Assembly (NCBI GenBank): GCA_026625185.1
Contig: CP113000.1
Coordinates: forward strand, 2,622,651 to 2,654,650
Direction: 5' to 3'
DNA from: Thermodesulfobacteriota bacterium
Lineage (GTDB): Bacteria > Desulfobacterota > WTBG01 > JAGOGO01
Length of the DNA stretch: 32,000 nt
Shown: positions 8,566 through 17,078 of the stretch, in pieces
Layout: every line of letters begins with the position of its first letter
Position numbering within the stretch: the first letter of the stretch is position 1
Notes under the pieces: generated by a model
What the model saw: the letters and a program-made list of their open reading frames with translations, nothing else
What the model was told of the DNA's origin: nothing
The model's database searches: none
Program-made: the position numbers and the translations under genes

Positions 8566-8577
8566 GTAACCTAAGTT

Positions 8578-8934
8578 ATGCTCAAAGAATACGCTCAAAT
8601 TTTAATCCTTATGATAATTGTTTTCGGTTTTGCTGGAGTAACTCTTCTTCTCTCTTCTCTTTTAGGGCAAAAAAAGAAGAGTGACACCAAGCTTATGCCC
8701 TACGAATGCGGTATTGATCCGGTTGGTACTGCCCGGCAGCGGTTTTCGATCAAATTCTACATTACCACCATGATTTTTATTCTCTTTGATATTGAAGCAT
8801 TATTTCTTTACCCCTGGGCGGTGATTTATCGGAGGCTCGGGGTATTTGGACTGGTAGAGATGGGGGTTTTTATCCTACTTCTGCTGGTCGGTTTTATCTA
8901 TGTTTGGAAGAAAGGGGCTTTTGAATGGGATTAG
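8578..8934 (+). CDS. nuoA: NADH-quinone oxidoreductase subunit A
   Basis: 118 aa, 3 TM segments, conserved YECG(I/F)DP motif (PYECGIDP) and FDIE motif. Confidence 0.9.
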   Translation: MLKEYAQILILMIIVFGFAGVTLLLSSLLGQKKKSDTKLMPYECGIDPVGTARQRFSIKFYITTMIFILFDIEALFLYPWAVIYRRLGVFGLVEMGVFILLLLVGFIYVWKKGAFEWD

Positions 8935-9404
8935 AAAGCCACTTAGGTGAAAATATCATCACCACGACATTAGAGTCGCTTGTAAACTGGGGACGAAGGT
9001 CCTCTTTATGGCCGGCAACGTTTGGTTTGGCTTGCTGTGCCATTGAGATGATGAGTTCTTGTATGCCCCGGTATGACTTAGCCCGGTTTGGCGCGGAGGT
9101 GTTCCGGGCCTCACCCCGGCAAGCGGACCTGATGATTGTCGCCGGAACGGTGACCAACAAGATGGCTTCGGTGGTGCGGAGGATTTACGAACAGATGGCG
9201 GAGCCAAAATGGGTGATTGCCATGGGTGCGTGCGCGGCTACCGGAGGAATCTTTAATTCGTATGCAGTATTGCAAGGCGTTGACCGGATTATTCCGGTGG
9301 ATGTTTATGTGCCCGGTTGCCCTCCTAAACCTGAAGGGCTGATTCACGCAATCATTCAGATCCAAAATAAGATTAAACACGAAAAATTTTCGGACCGGAC
9401 GTAA
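8925..9404 (+). CDS. nuoB: NADH-quinone oxidoreductase subunit B (N2 cluster)
   Basis: GLACCAIEM, the MGACA region and PGCPP motifs provide the four Cys ligands. Overlaps nuoA by 10 nt. Confidence 0.92.
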   Translation: MGLESHLGENIITTTLESLVNWGRRSSLWPATFGLACCAIEMMSSCMPRYDLARFGAEVFRASPRQADLMIVAGTVTNKMASVVRRIYEQMAEPKWVIAMGACAATGGIFNSYAVLQGVDRIIPVDVYVPGCPPKPEGLIHAIIQIQNKIKHEKFSDRT

Positions 9405-9411
9405 GCGAACT

Positions 9412-9930
9412 ATGTCTATCAACAAAGAACACCCGGCGATAAAAAAACTCGAACAAGCTTTCCCCGGCGTAGTTAAAAAAATTATCACGGCTTTCGGGGA
9501 GACCGGGATCATCGTGGATAAGGACGATGTAAAGAGAGTGTGTCGCCTTCTCAAAGAAGACAAGGAACTCCGCTTTGATCTTCTTTCTGACCTCGCGGGA
9601 GTGGACTACCAAGGAAAAAAGGAAAAGCGGTTTGAGTTAGTCTACCAGCTTTATTCCACCCGAACCCATCAGCGTTTGCGAGTGAAAACTGAGGTGGGTG
9701 AAAATGAAAGTGTCCCTACCATGACCACTGTTTGGAAGGCTGCGGACTGGCCGGAACGGGAGTGCCACGAGATGTTTGGGATTGAATTCGAGGGGCATCC
9801 TGGTCTGATGCGGCTTCTAACGATTGAAGAATTTAATGGGTTTCCGCTTCGGAAAGACTTTCCTTTACTGGGCAAGGCGGAGATAATCGCTGGATTCGAA
9901 GGAGGAGTGCAGTGGCGGAAACGCGACTAA
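9412..9930 (+). CDS. nuoC: NADH-quinone oxidoreductase subunit C (30-kDa subunit)
   Basis: Conserved core WPERECHEMFGIEFEGHP...LRKDFPL. Confidence 0.9.
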   Translation: MSINKEHPAIKKLEQAFPGVVKKIITAFGETGIIVDKDDVKRVCRLLKEDKELRFDLLSDLAGVDYQGKKEKRFELVYQLYSTRTHQRLRVKTEVGENESVPTMTTVWKAADWPERECHEMFGIEFEGHPGLMRLLTIEEFNGFPLRKDFPLLGKAEIIAGFEGGVQWRKRD

Positions 9931-11108
9931 ACCCACAGGTGCGCACGGAAACCATGATTTTGCACATGGGGCCTCAGCACCCAAGCACTCACGGGGTGTT
10001 GCGGGTTGACCTGGAGCTTGACGGAGAAGTTATCCAAAGGGCGATCCCTTACCTGGGACACCTCCATCGGGGAATTGAAAAACTTGCCGAAAATAAAACT
10101 TTTCATCAAGTTATTCCGTTAACCGACCGGTTAGATTACCTCGGGCCCATGGTGAACAACCTCGGCTACGCCTTGGCGGTGGAAAGGCTTTTGGGGCTTC
10201 AGGTGCCGGAGCGCTCACAAGTGATTCGGGTCATCATGGCGGAATTGACCAGGATCCAGAGTCATTTGGTCTGGATGGGAACCCACGTTCTTGATATTGG
10301 CGCGATGAGCCCGATCATGTATTGTTTCCGCGAGCGAGAACAGATTTTAGATATCTTCGAGATGGTGGCGGGAGCGCGGATGAATCCGAGCTATATCCGG
10401 GTCGGCGGAGTAAACGGAGATCTGATGAGCGCGGCCAGGGATAAGATTGCGATGTTTGCGGAAACTTTTCCCAAGCACATTAAAGAATACGAAGATTTGC
10501 TCACCAATAATCCGATCTGGATCAACCGGACGAAAAGGGTAGGCACAATAACCGCGGAAGAAGCGATCGACTTGGGAACAACCGGCCCGACGCTACGGTC
10601 CTGCGGCTATAAATGGGACTTAAGGAAGACGAACCCTTACAGTGGTTATGAAACCTATCAATTCGACATCATCCTGGGTAAAAACGGGGACGTGTATGAC
10701 CGGTATTGGGTGCGGATTGAAGAAATGAAACAGAGTATTGATTTAATTAAACAGGGGTTAAAAAAACTTAAACCCGGGCCGATTTACGCAGATGAGGCAA
10801 AAGTCATTCCCCCGATAAAAGAAAAAGTAATGACGGACATCGGCGCCTTAATTCACCATTTCAAGATTATCAGCGAAGGGTTCAAAGTGCCAGAAGGGGA
10901 GGTTTACCAGGCGATTGAGACCCCGCGAGGTGAATTAGGGTTTTATATTGTCAGTGATGGGAGTTCTAAGCCCTATCGGTTTAAAATCAAGACCCCTTCG
11001 TTTATGAATTTGATGGCGCTTGACACTTTGGCAAAAGGCCGATTGTTGGCCGATATTGTGGCTATTATCGGCAGTATGGATATTGTTCTAGGCGAAATTG
11101 ATAAATAA
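9912..11108 (+). CDS. nuoD: NADH-quinone oxidoreductase subunit D (49-kDa subunit)
   Basis: GPQHPSTHGVLR, HRGIEKL and the C-terminal DIVLGEIDK motif. GTG start at 9912 lies 6 nt after GAAGGAGGA. Separate from nuoC, not a CD fusion. Confidence 0.92.
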   Translation: MAETRLNPQVRTETMILHMGPQHPSTHGVLRVDLELDGEVIQRAIPYLGHLHRGIEKLAENKTFHQVIPLTDRLDYLGPMVNNLGYALAVERLLGLQVPERSQVIRVIMAELTRIQSHLVWMGTHVLDIGAMSPIMYCFREREQILDIFEMVAGARMNPSYIRVGGVNGDLMSAARDKIAMFAETFPKHIKEYEDLLTNNPIWINRTKRVGTITAEEAIDLGTTGPTLRSCGYKWDLRKTNPYSGYETYQFDIILGKNGDVYDRYWVRIEEMKQSIDLIKQGLKKLKPGPIYADEAKVIPPIKEKVMTDIGALIHHFKIISEGFKVPEGEVYQAIETPRGELGFYIVSDGSSKPYRFKIKTPSFMNLMALDTLAKGRLLADIVAIIGSMDIVLGEIDK

Positions 11109-11112
11109 AATT

Positions 11113-13071
11113 ATGGGCAAAGTATTATTCAGCAGCTGGGCGCACAAAGTAATTGATAACCGGGGGAAAGCTCCGGAGACCTTCCAGGAAGCTGAACCGA
11201 AAAAATTGCCGGAAATTTTTGCCGGAAATAAAAAAATTATCGGTTTCATGGGATGGGACGGCGTGGTGCTGAAGGATGAGAGTGTTAATATTGTAGACAT
11301 GGCGCGCGCGTATCTTGAAGCTGTTCAGGGCGCTTCGTGCGGACGGTGTATCCCCTGCCGGATAGGGACTCGGATAATGTTGGAAGCGATAAACCGCATT
11401 TGTTCCGGCAAAGGGAAAAAGGAAGATTTAGAAACTCTGGAAAGACTTGGTCAGGAAATTCTTACGAGCGCAAAATGTGAGATCGGTAAATCCGGTCCGC
11501 TTCCCCTTCTCCATGCGCTCACCCACTTTAAAACAGCATTTGAAAAACAACTTACCGAGAAAGAAGAACTGCCCAAAGGTAATTATCACTTCCAGGTTAC
11601 GGCGCCGTGTATGGATGCGTGCCCGGTGCATCTGGATGTGCCTTCCTACGTTGAACTGATCAAGAACCTCAGGTTTGAAGACTCATTGAGCCTTATTCGG
11701 GAGCGTAATGCTCTTCCCGGCGTGTGCGGTCGGGTATGTATCCGACCTTGCGAGTTTCATTGCCGGAGGGCAAACCTGGATGATCCGATTCAAATTAAGA
11801 CCTTGAAGCGGTTTGTTGCGGACTATGAGATTGAGCACGAGATCGTGCCTCAGATTAAAAGTGAAGCCAAGAAAGAGCACAAAGTCGCCGTGGTCGGCGC
11901 TGGACCGGCGGGCTTGGCATGCGCCCTTTATTTAAGTTTAAGGGGATATCCGGTTAAAATTTTCGAGACTTTGCCGGAAGGCGGCGGAATGGCGGCCGTG
12001 GGTATTCCCGATTACCGACTTCCCCGGAACATTCTTCAGTATGAAATTGATGTAATTAGAAAATTGGGGGTGGAAATCCAGTACAACACCCGCGTGGGCA
12101 AAGACATTACTTTAGAAGAGATGAAAGCGCAAGGTTTCCGCGCTATCTTTATCGGCGTTGGTGCGCACTTAAGCAAAAAGATGGGAGTGGACGGCGAAGA
12201 CGCCGGGTATCAAGGGTTTGTCAAAGGCGTTGATTTTCTCCGGGACATCAACTTGGGCAAGGAAATTTATAAAGGGAAAAAGCTCCTGGTGGTCGGCGGA
12301 GGAAATGTGGCGATCGACTGTGTGCGCTCTGCCTTCCGGGTAGGGTTTACTGATTCCAATATCGTTTATCGTCGGTCGCGCGCTGAGATGCCGGCGGATC
12401 CCGTTGAAATTGAAGACGCTGAAATAGAAGGAGTGAATTTTCATTTTCTCACTCTTCCCACTCGCATCATTACTGAAAAAAACCGGGTTAAAGCGGTGGA
12501 ATGCATTCGGATGGAGTTGGGTGAACCGGACGCCAGCGGACGGCGAAGACCTGTAGAAGTCAAAGGATCGGAGTTTATTATCGAGACCGATGTGTTGATT
12601 CCGGCTATTGGCCAGGATGTTGATCTCTCCTTGCTTCCTGAAGGGAGTGGTGTTGAAAAAACTAAGTGGAGCACGATTGTGGTAGATGCGGACAGCATGG
12701 CAACCTCACAAGAAGGAATTTTTTCCGGTGGTGATTGTGTGACCGGCCCGGACGTGTTGGTGGGAGCATTAGCGGCTGGTTATGATGCTGCCATCGCCAT
12801 TGATCAATACCTCACCGGTCAAAAAATGATTCTTCCTGATTTCCGACGGGAAGAAAAAATCGTAAAAGAAATCGGCGTGTATGATAAAAATGAAAAACTG
12901 GGGATTGTTGGTGGGGTTCCAAAGTCAAAGATGGGACATCTCCCCCCGCAGACTCGCATTCACACTTTTGATGAAGTAGAGTTAGGATTTACCCCGGATA
13001 AGGCGATTCGCGAGGCAGAACGTTGCCTCCGTTGCTATCGGGTAGCTCTTTATGCGACGAAAACAGAATGA
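11113..13071 (+). CDS. Fusion flavoprotein: NuoF C-terminal N3 [4Fe-4S] segment + GltD/SfrB-type 2x[4Fe-4S]/FAD/NAD(P)H oxidoreductase, occupying the nuoE-nuoF position
   Basis: I prefer ATG 11113 because the track start at 11098 is a non-ATG codon inside the nuoD stop region. Residues about 50-130 read DESVNIVDMARAYLEAVQGASCGRCIPCRIGT...AKCEIG, matching the NuoF motif ESCGxCxPCRxGT plus a 4th Cys 40 residues later. Next comes a GltD-type Fe-S domain: APCMDACPVHLDVPSYV...NALPGVCGRVCIRPCEFHC. There are two dinucleotide folds, VAVVGAGPAGLACA and LLVVGGGNVAIDC. No FMN/NADH-binding N-terminal half of NuoF is present, and no NuoE-like ORF is in the operon. Confidence 0.8.
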   Translation: MGKVLFSSWAHKVIDNRGKAPETFQEAEPKKLPEIFAGNKKIIGFMGWDGVVLKDESVNIVDMARAYLEAVQGASCGRCIPCRIGTRIMLEAINRICSGKGKKEDLETLERLGQEILTSAKCEIGKSGPLPLLHALTHFKTAFEKQLTEKEELPKGNYHFQVTAPCMDACPVHLDVPSYVELIKNLRFEDSLSLIRERNALPGVCGRVCIRPCEFHCRRANLDDPIQIKTLKRFVADYEIEHEIVPQIKSEAKKEHKVAVVGAGPAGLACALYLSLRGYPVKIFETLPEGGGMAAVGIPDYRLPRNILQYEIDVIRKLGVEIQYNTRVGKDITLEEMKAQGFRAIFIGVGAHLSKKMGVDGEDAGYQGFVKGVDFLRDINLGKEIYKGKKLLVVGGGNVAIDCVRSAFRVGFTDSNIVYRRSRAEMPADPVEIEDAEIEGVNFHFLTLPTRIITEKNRVKAVECIRMELGEPDASGRRRPVEVKGSEFIIETDVLIPAIGQDVDLSLLPEGSGVEKTKWSTIVVDADSMATSQEGIFSGGDCVTGPDVLVGALAAGYDAAIAIDQYLTGQKMILPDFRREEKIVKEIGVYDKNEKLGIVGGVPKSKMGHLPPQTRIHTFDEVELGFTPDKAIREAERCLRCYRVALYATKTE

Positions 13072-15635
13072 ACGACAACGTAACGATTACTATTGACGGA
13101 AAAGGAATTTCAGTTCCTAAGGAGACCACGATCTTGGCGGCAGCCAGGGCACTGGGGATAGAAATTCCCACTCTTTGTTATCACCCCAAGCTGCTGCCTA
13201 TCGGTTCCTGCCGGCTTTGTCTGGTTGAAATCGAGGGATACGAAAAACCGGTTGCCTCCTGCACCACCCCGGTAGTAGATGCGATGAAGGTGACCACCCA
13301 GTCAGAAAAACTTCTTGCTCTGCGCAAGGAAGCCATTCAATTCATGTTGGTTAATCACCCGCTCGATTGCCCGATCTGTGACAAGGGCGGGGAATGCCGG
13401 CTTCAGGACTTGGCTTTTGAGTTCGGACTCGACCAGGAAGTTTTTAAGATAGCGGCGTCTCCTCTTCTTATTGACTACCTTTCACCGTTGGTGGAACGGA
13501 ATAACAATCGCTGTGTTCGTTGCGGTCGTTGTGTGAGTGTCTGTAATGAGATCCAGGGTGAGATGGCGATTGAATGGGTGAATCACGGTTATGATACGGA
13601 AATTCTCCCCCGGGGAGGTTATCCGCTTAATTGCGAGTTTTGCGGACAATGTATTGCCCACTGCCCGGTCGGAGCATTGCTCAACCGCCCCTTTAAGTAC
13701 AAAGCCCGGGCTTGGGAATTGGAAAAGATTCATTCGGTTTGCCCGTATTGCGGCGGCGGGTGCGCGATTGAGCTGAACGTGCGCAAGAACAAGGTGTTAC
13801 GGATTACCTCTTCTTACGAAGATACTCATAACCAGGGCAACCTGTGCGGCCGGGGCAACTTTGGCTTCGGCTTTATTAATAACAACAACCGGCTTCATTC
13901 TCCTTTAATCAAGCGGCGCAAGGACCAGGTGCCGGTTACCTGGGAAGACGCGCTCGGGAGCGCGTCCGAGCAGTTAAAGAAAATCCTAAAGTCTTCCGGA
14001 CCGGAAAGCATTGCCGGCTTAGGATCTCCTCGGGTTTCCAATGAAGATAACTATCTTTTTCAGAAATTTTTCCGGGCCGTTATCGGCACGAACAACATTG
14101 ATAGCTCAGTGCATTTTAATTACCGCAATCTGGAGCGAGGGTTGCGAGCAACATTGGGATTGTCTGCAAGTTCTCACGGATTTGATGCTCTGGAAAAAGC
14201 TCAGGTCATTTTTGTTCTCGGCGCTGATGTGCGCGCCGAAAGTCCTCCCGCCGCCCTAAAAATAATGAAAATGGCGCGAGTGCACGGATCCACGCTGGTG
14301 GTAGCTAATCCCCGGAAAACCAAGCTCGATAAATTTGCCAATGTGCACCTGCGCTACCGTCCTGGAACAGAGCTTCTTTTGGTCGCGGGAATTCTGAAAG
14401 CGGTCGGGGAAAAAAATAAAGACCTGCTTGACAACATTCCTCAGTTCCCGGTTCTTAAAAAATCTTTGGAAGGAATAATCCTTCAGGAAATTTCCGAGGT
14501 TACGGGTGTTCCCCTTGAACAGATTTATCAGGTAGCCACGATTTTAGCGAAGAGAGAAACCGGATGTATTGTTTTTGGCTATGAAGTTTTTACTCATCAG
14601 CAGGCCAAAGAGGTAGTAGTTTCGTTAGGCAATTTAGCTTTTTTATCAGAGAAGGTCAGCCAGAAAGACCGAGGTCTCATTCCGATTATCGCCAAAAACA
14701 ATGTCCAAGGGATGCTGGACATGGGCGTGATGCCGGATCTCCTTCCCGGCTATCAGCAATTTGAAAAAGGTGCGCCTTTTGAAAAAGTCTGGAGGCAGCC
14801 GATACCGAAACAACCGGGTAAAAATGCGGAAGCAATTCTACAGGGTATTCTTGATGGTAAAATAAAAGCTCTTTATCTCATGGGTTGCGATCCGCTCATG
14901 GAGTTTCCTTTCCCGGATAAGTGGGAAGAAGCATCGGACAAACTGGAATGGCTGGCAGTGCAGGATATTTTTTACACCGAGGTAGCGACCAAGGCTGATT
15001 ATGTTTTCCCGGCGGTAACCTTTGCGGAAAAAGAAGGTACCTTTACCAGCGGCGAACGACGGGTACAGAAATTTTTCCCGGGAATTTCGCCTTATCGGAG
15101 CGCCTTACCGGATTGGGAAATCATCCAAAGACTTTCTCAGTTGATGGGCTATCCCATGGCTTATGCTCATCCGAAAGCGATCATGAATGAGATTACGTCT
15201 TTGGTGCCGCAGTACAATGAGATTACTTATGAACGTTTGGGAAGGAATGGGATAACATTGTCAAGCACCGAGGGTATTCCTCATTTTACTCCTTTTTCTA
15301 TTAATAAAGTGGCCAAACCAAAACCCGGAAGCTTTACCTTAATCACCGGAACCGCTTTTTTTCATTCCGGTACGCTTTCGACTAATTCAGGTCTTACTGT
15401 TTTGGGCAGCAAAGCGTGGGTGGAGATCAATTCTGAGGATGCTGGAAGCCTGGAAATACATGAAGGAGACCCGGTAACTATTTCCTCGGCAGGCAAAGCA
15501 ATAAGCGCTGCGGCTAAAATAACCTCCGCTGTTCCCCGGGGAGTAGTGTTTGTTCCTAATAATTTTCGGGATGTTCAAGTGAATCAATTGGTCGCCAATC
15601 AGAACTATTGCCCGGTAGAGGTCACCAAGGGGTAG
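13068..15635 (+). CDS. nuoG: NuoG-like 75-kDa Fe-S subunit (SfrA/FdhA-like molybdopterin-oxidoreductase fold without catalytic Cys/Sec)
   Basis: ATG 13068 overlaps the upstream TGA (ATGA). 2Fe-2S motif: CYHPKLLPIGSCRLCLVEIEG...ASC. N5-type motif: HPLDCPICDKGGEC. Two CxxCxxCxxxC motifs: RCVRCGRCVSVC and CEFCGQCIAHCP. Molybdopterin-type cluster: CPYCGGGC...LCGRG. At the FdhA active-site position after GTNNID the sequence is SSVHFNY, with no Cys or Sec. A C-terminal beta-barrel domain is present. Confidence 0.85.
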   Translation: MNDNVTITIDGKGISVPKETTILAAARALGIEIPTLCYHPKLLPIGSCRLCLVEIEGYEKPVASCTTPVVDAMKVTTQSEKLLALRKEAIQFMLVNHPLDCPICDKGGECRLQDLAFEFGLDQEVFKIAASPLLIDYLSPLVERNNNRCVRCGRCVSVCNEIQGEMAIEWVNHGYDTEILPRGGYPLNCEFCGQCIAHCPVGALLNRPFKYKARAWELEKIHSVCPYCGGGCAIELNVRKNKVLRITSSYEDTHNQGNLCGRGNFGFGFINNNNRLHSPLIKRRKDQVPVTWEDALGSASEQLKKILKSSGPESIAGLGSPRVSNEDNYLFQKFFRAVIGTNNIDSSVHFNYRNLERGLRATLGLSASSHGFDALEKAQVIFVLGADVRAESPPAALKIMKMARVHGSTLVVANPRKTKLDKFANVHLRYRPGTELLLVAGILKAVGEKNKDLLDNIPQFPVLKKSLEGIILQEISEVTGVPLEQIYQVATILAKRETGCIVFGYEVFTHQQAKEVVVSLGNLAFLSEKVSQKDRGLIPIIAKNNVQGMLDMGVMPDLLPGYQQFEKGAPFEKVWRQPIPKQPGKNAEAILQGILDGKIKALYLMGCDPLMEFPFPDKWEEASDKLEWLAVQDIFYTEVATKADYVFPAVTFAEKEGTFTSGERRVQKFFPGISPYRSALPDWEIIQRLSQLMGYPMAYAHPKAIMNEITSLVPQYNEITYERLGRNGITLSSTEGIPHFTPFSINKVAKPKPGSFTLITGTAFFHSGTLSTNSGLTVLGSKAWVEINSEDAGSLEIHEGDPVTISSAGKAISAAAKITSAVPRGVVFVPNNFRDVQVNQLVANQNYCPVEVTKG

Positions 15636-15638
15636 GAG

Positions 15639-16634
15639 ATGGTTGATTTATTATTCATATTAGTTAAAATTGTGGTTGTGTTTGTCGCCCTACTTTTATC
15701 GGTGGCGTACCTTACCTGGCTGGAACGGAAGGTGCTGGGACACATGCAAAGCCGGCTCGGCCCTCATCGGGTAGGGATTAATGGATTATTACAACCGATT
15801 GCTGACGGAATAAAACTCTTTTTTAAAGAAGATGTGATTGTTACTGCTGCGGACAAAGTTGTATACCACTTAGCCCCGTTTATTATTGTTTCAACCGCGC
15901 TTTTAACAATAGCCGTCATTCCGTTTGGCGATGCAATTAAAATTTTTGGTCATAATATATTGTTACGGATCGCGGATGTTAATATCGGGCTTCTCTATAT
16001 CTTTGCCTTGTCGTCTTTGGGCGTTTATGGAATTGTGCTGGCGGGGTGGTCGTCGAACAATAAATACGCCCTTATGGGAGGATTACGGTCCGCTGCCCAA
16101 ATGGTAAGTTATGAGCTTCCGCTGGGTCTATCGACCATCGGCGTGTTGATGCAGGCGGAAAGCTTAAGTCTAAGTAAAATTGTTCAGGCCCAGGCGGCCC
16201 AGGGCTGGTTTTTCTTGCCTCAGTTTATCGGTTTTTTAATTTTCTTTATCTGTGCGGTGGCGGAGTGCAATCGCACTCCCTTTGATCTTCCGGAAGCGGA
16301 AGGTGAGCTGGTAGCCGGATTTCACATTGAATATTCAAGTATGAAGTTCGCACTTTTCTTTATGGCCGAATACGCCAGCGTTATTCTTATGAGCGCTTTG
16401 ATTGTAACGCTTTTCTTTGGTGGGTGGTTGGGACCGAGTTTTATTTCGTGCCCCGCCTGGTGCGGCCCCATCTGGTTTGGCGTTAAAGTTTTTATATTTA
16501 GTTTTATTTTTATCTGGCTGCGGGCAACCTTTCCGAGGTTTCGGTATGATCAGTTGATGAAATTCGGGTGGAAAGTTCTTTTTCCGTTGAGCATTATCAA
16601 CATTGCGGTTACCGCAGTCGTGATGATGAGATAG
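15639..16634 (+). CDS. nuoH: NADH-quinone oxidoreductase subunit H
   Basis: LTWLERKVLGHMQSRLGP, AECNRTPFDLPEAEGELVAG and RATFPRFRYDQLM motifs. Confidence 0.92.
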   Translation: MVDLLFILVKIVVVFVALLLSVAYLTWLERKVLGHMQSRLGPHRVGINGLLQPIADGIKLFFKEDVIVTAADKVVYHLAPFIIVSTALLTIAVIPFGDAIKIFGHNILLRIADVNIGLLYIFALSSLGVYGIVLAGWSSNNKYALMGGLRSAAQMVSYELPLGLSTIGVLMQAESLSLSKIVQAQAAQGWFFLPQFIGFLIFFICAVAECNRTPFDLPEAEGELVAGFHIEYSSMKFALFFMAEYASVILMSALIVTLFFGGWLGPSFISCPAWCGPIWFGVKVFIFSFIFIWLRATFPRFRYDQLMKFGWKVLFPLSIINIAVTAVVMMR

Positions 16635-16643
16635 AGCAAAAGC

Positions 16644-17069
16644 ATGATCGAAAAAACGATTAAAGGCATTTGGGCACTACTAATAGGGTTGAGCGTGACC
16701 GTTAAATTTTTCTTCACCCGACCGGTTACGATGAAATACCCGGAAGAAAAACGGGAACCGTATCTTCGCTACCGGGGTTCCCATATTTTAAGGCTGGATG
16801 AAAAAGGGAAGGAGAAATGCGTTGCTTGCTGTTTGTGCGCGACGGTTTGTCCGGCCCAGGTGATTACCATCGAAGCCGGTGAAGGAAATGAACACGAAAA
16901 GTACCCGGTCACCTTTGAAATTGATATGGGAAAATGTATTTTTTGCGGGTATTGTGTGGAAGCATGCCCTAAGGCAGCCATTATCATGAGCCAGTCATAC
17001 GAACTGGCTGAATACCGACGCGAAGATTTAAGCTATGACAAAGAACGGCTCATAAAAACCGGAAAATGA
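16644..17069 (+). CDS. nuoI: NADH-quinone oxidoreductase subunit I (2x[4Fe-4S] ferredoxin)
   Basis: CVACCLCATVCP and CIFCGYCVEACP motifs. Confidence 0.9.
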   Translation: MIEKTIKGIWALLIGLSVTVKFFFTRPVTMKYPEEKREPYLRYRGSHILRLDEKGKEKCVACCLCATVCPAQVITIEAGEGNEHEKYPVTFEIDMGKCIFCGYCVEACPKAAIIMSQSYELAEYRREDLSYDKERLIKTGK

Positions 17070-17078
17070 GTTAAGAAA

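Noticed and set aside
13023-13067. Longer N-terminus for the NuoG-like gene (track start 13023), and likewise 11098 for the GltD-like gene and 21450 for nuoN
   Set aside because: These starts would create 30-50 nt overlaps with the upstream genes and add non-conserved residues. Internal ATGs at 13068, 11113 and 21480 sit at or just after the upstream stops and begin the conserved sequence.
13068-15635. Calling this gene a formate dehydrogenase alpha subunit
   Set aside because: The position after GTNNID that holds the Mo-ligand Cys/Sec in FdhA reads SSVHFNY. The operon context and N-terminal cluster motifs fit NuoG/SfrA instead.
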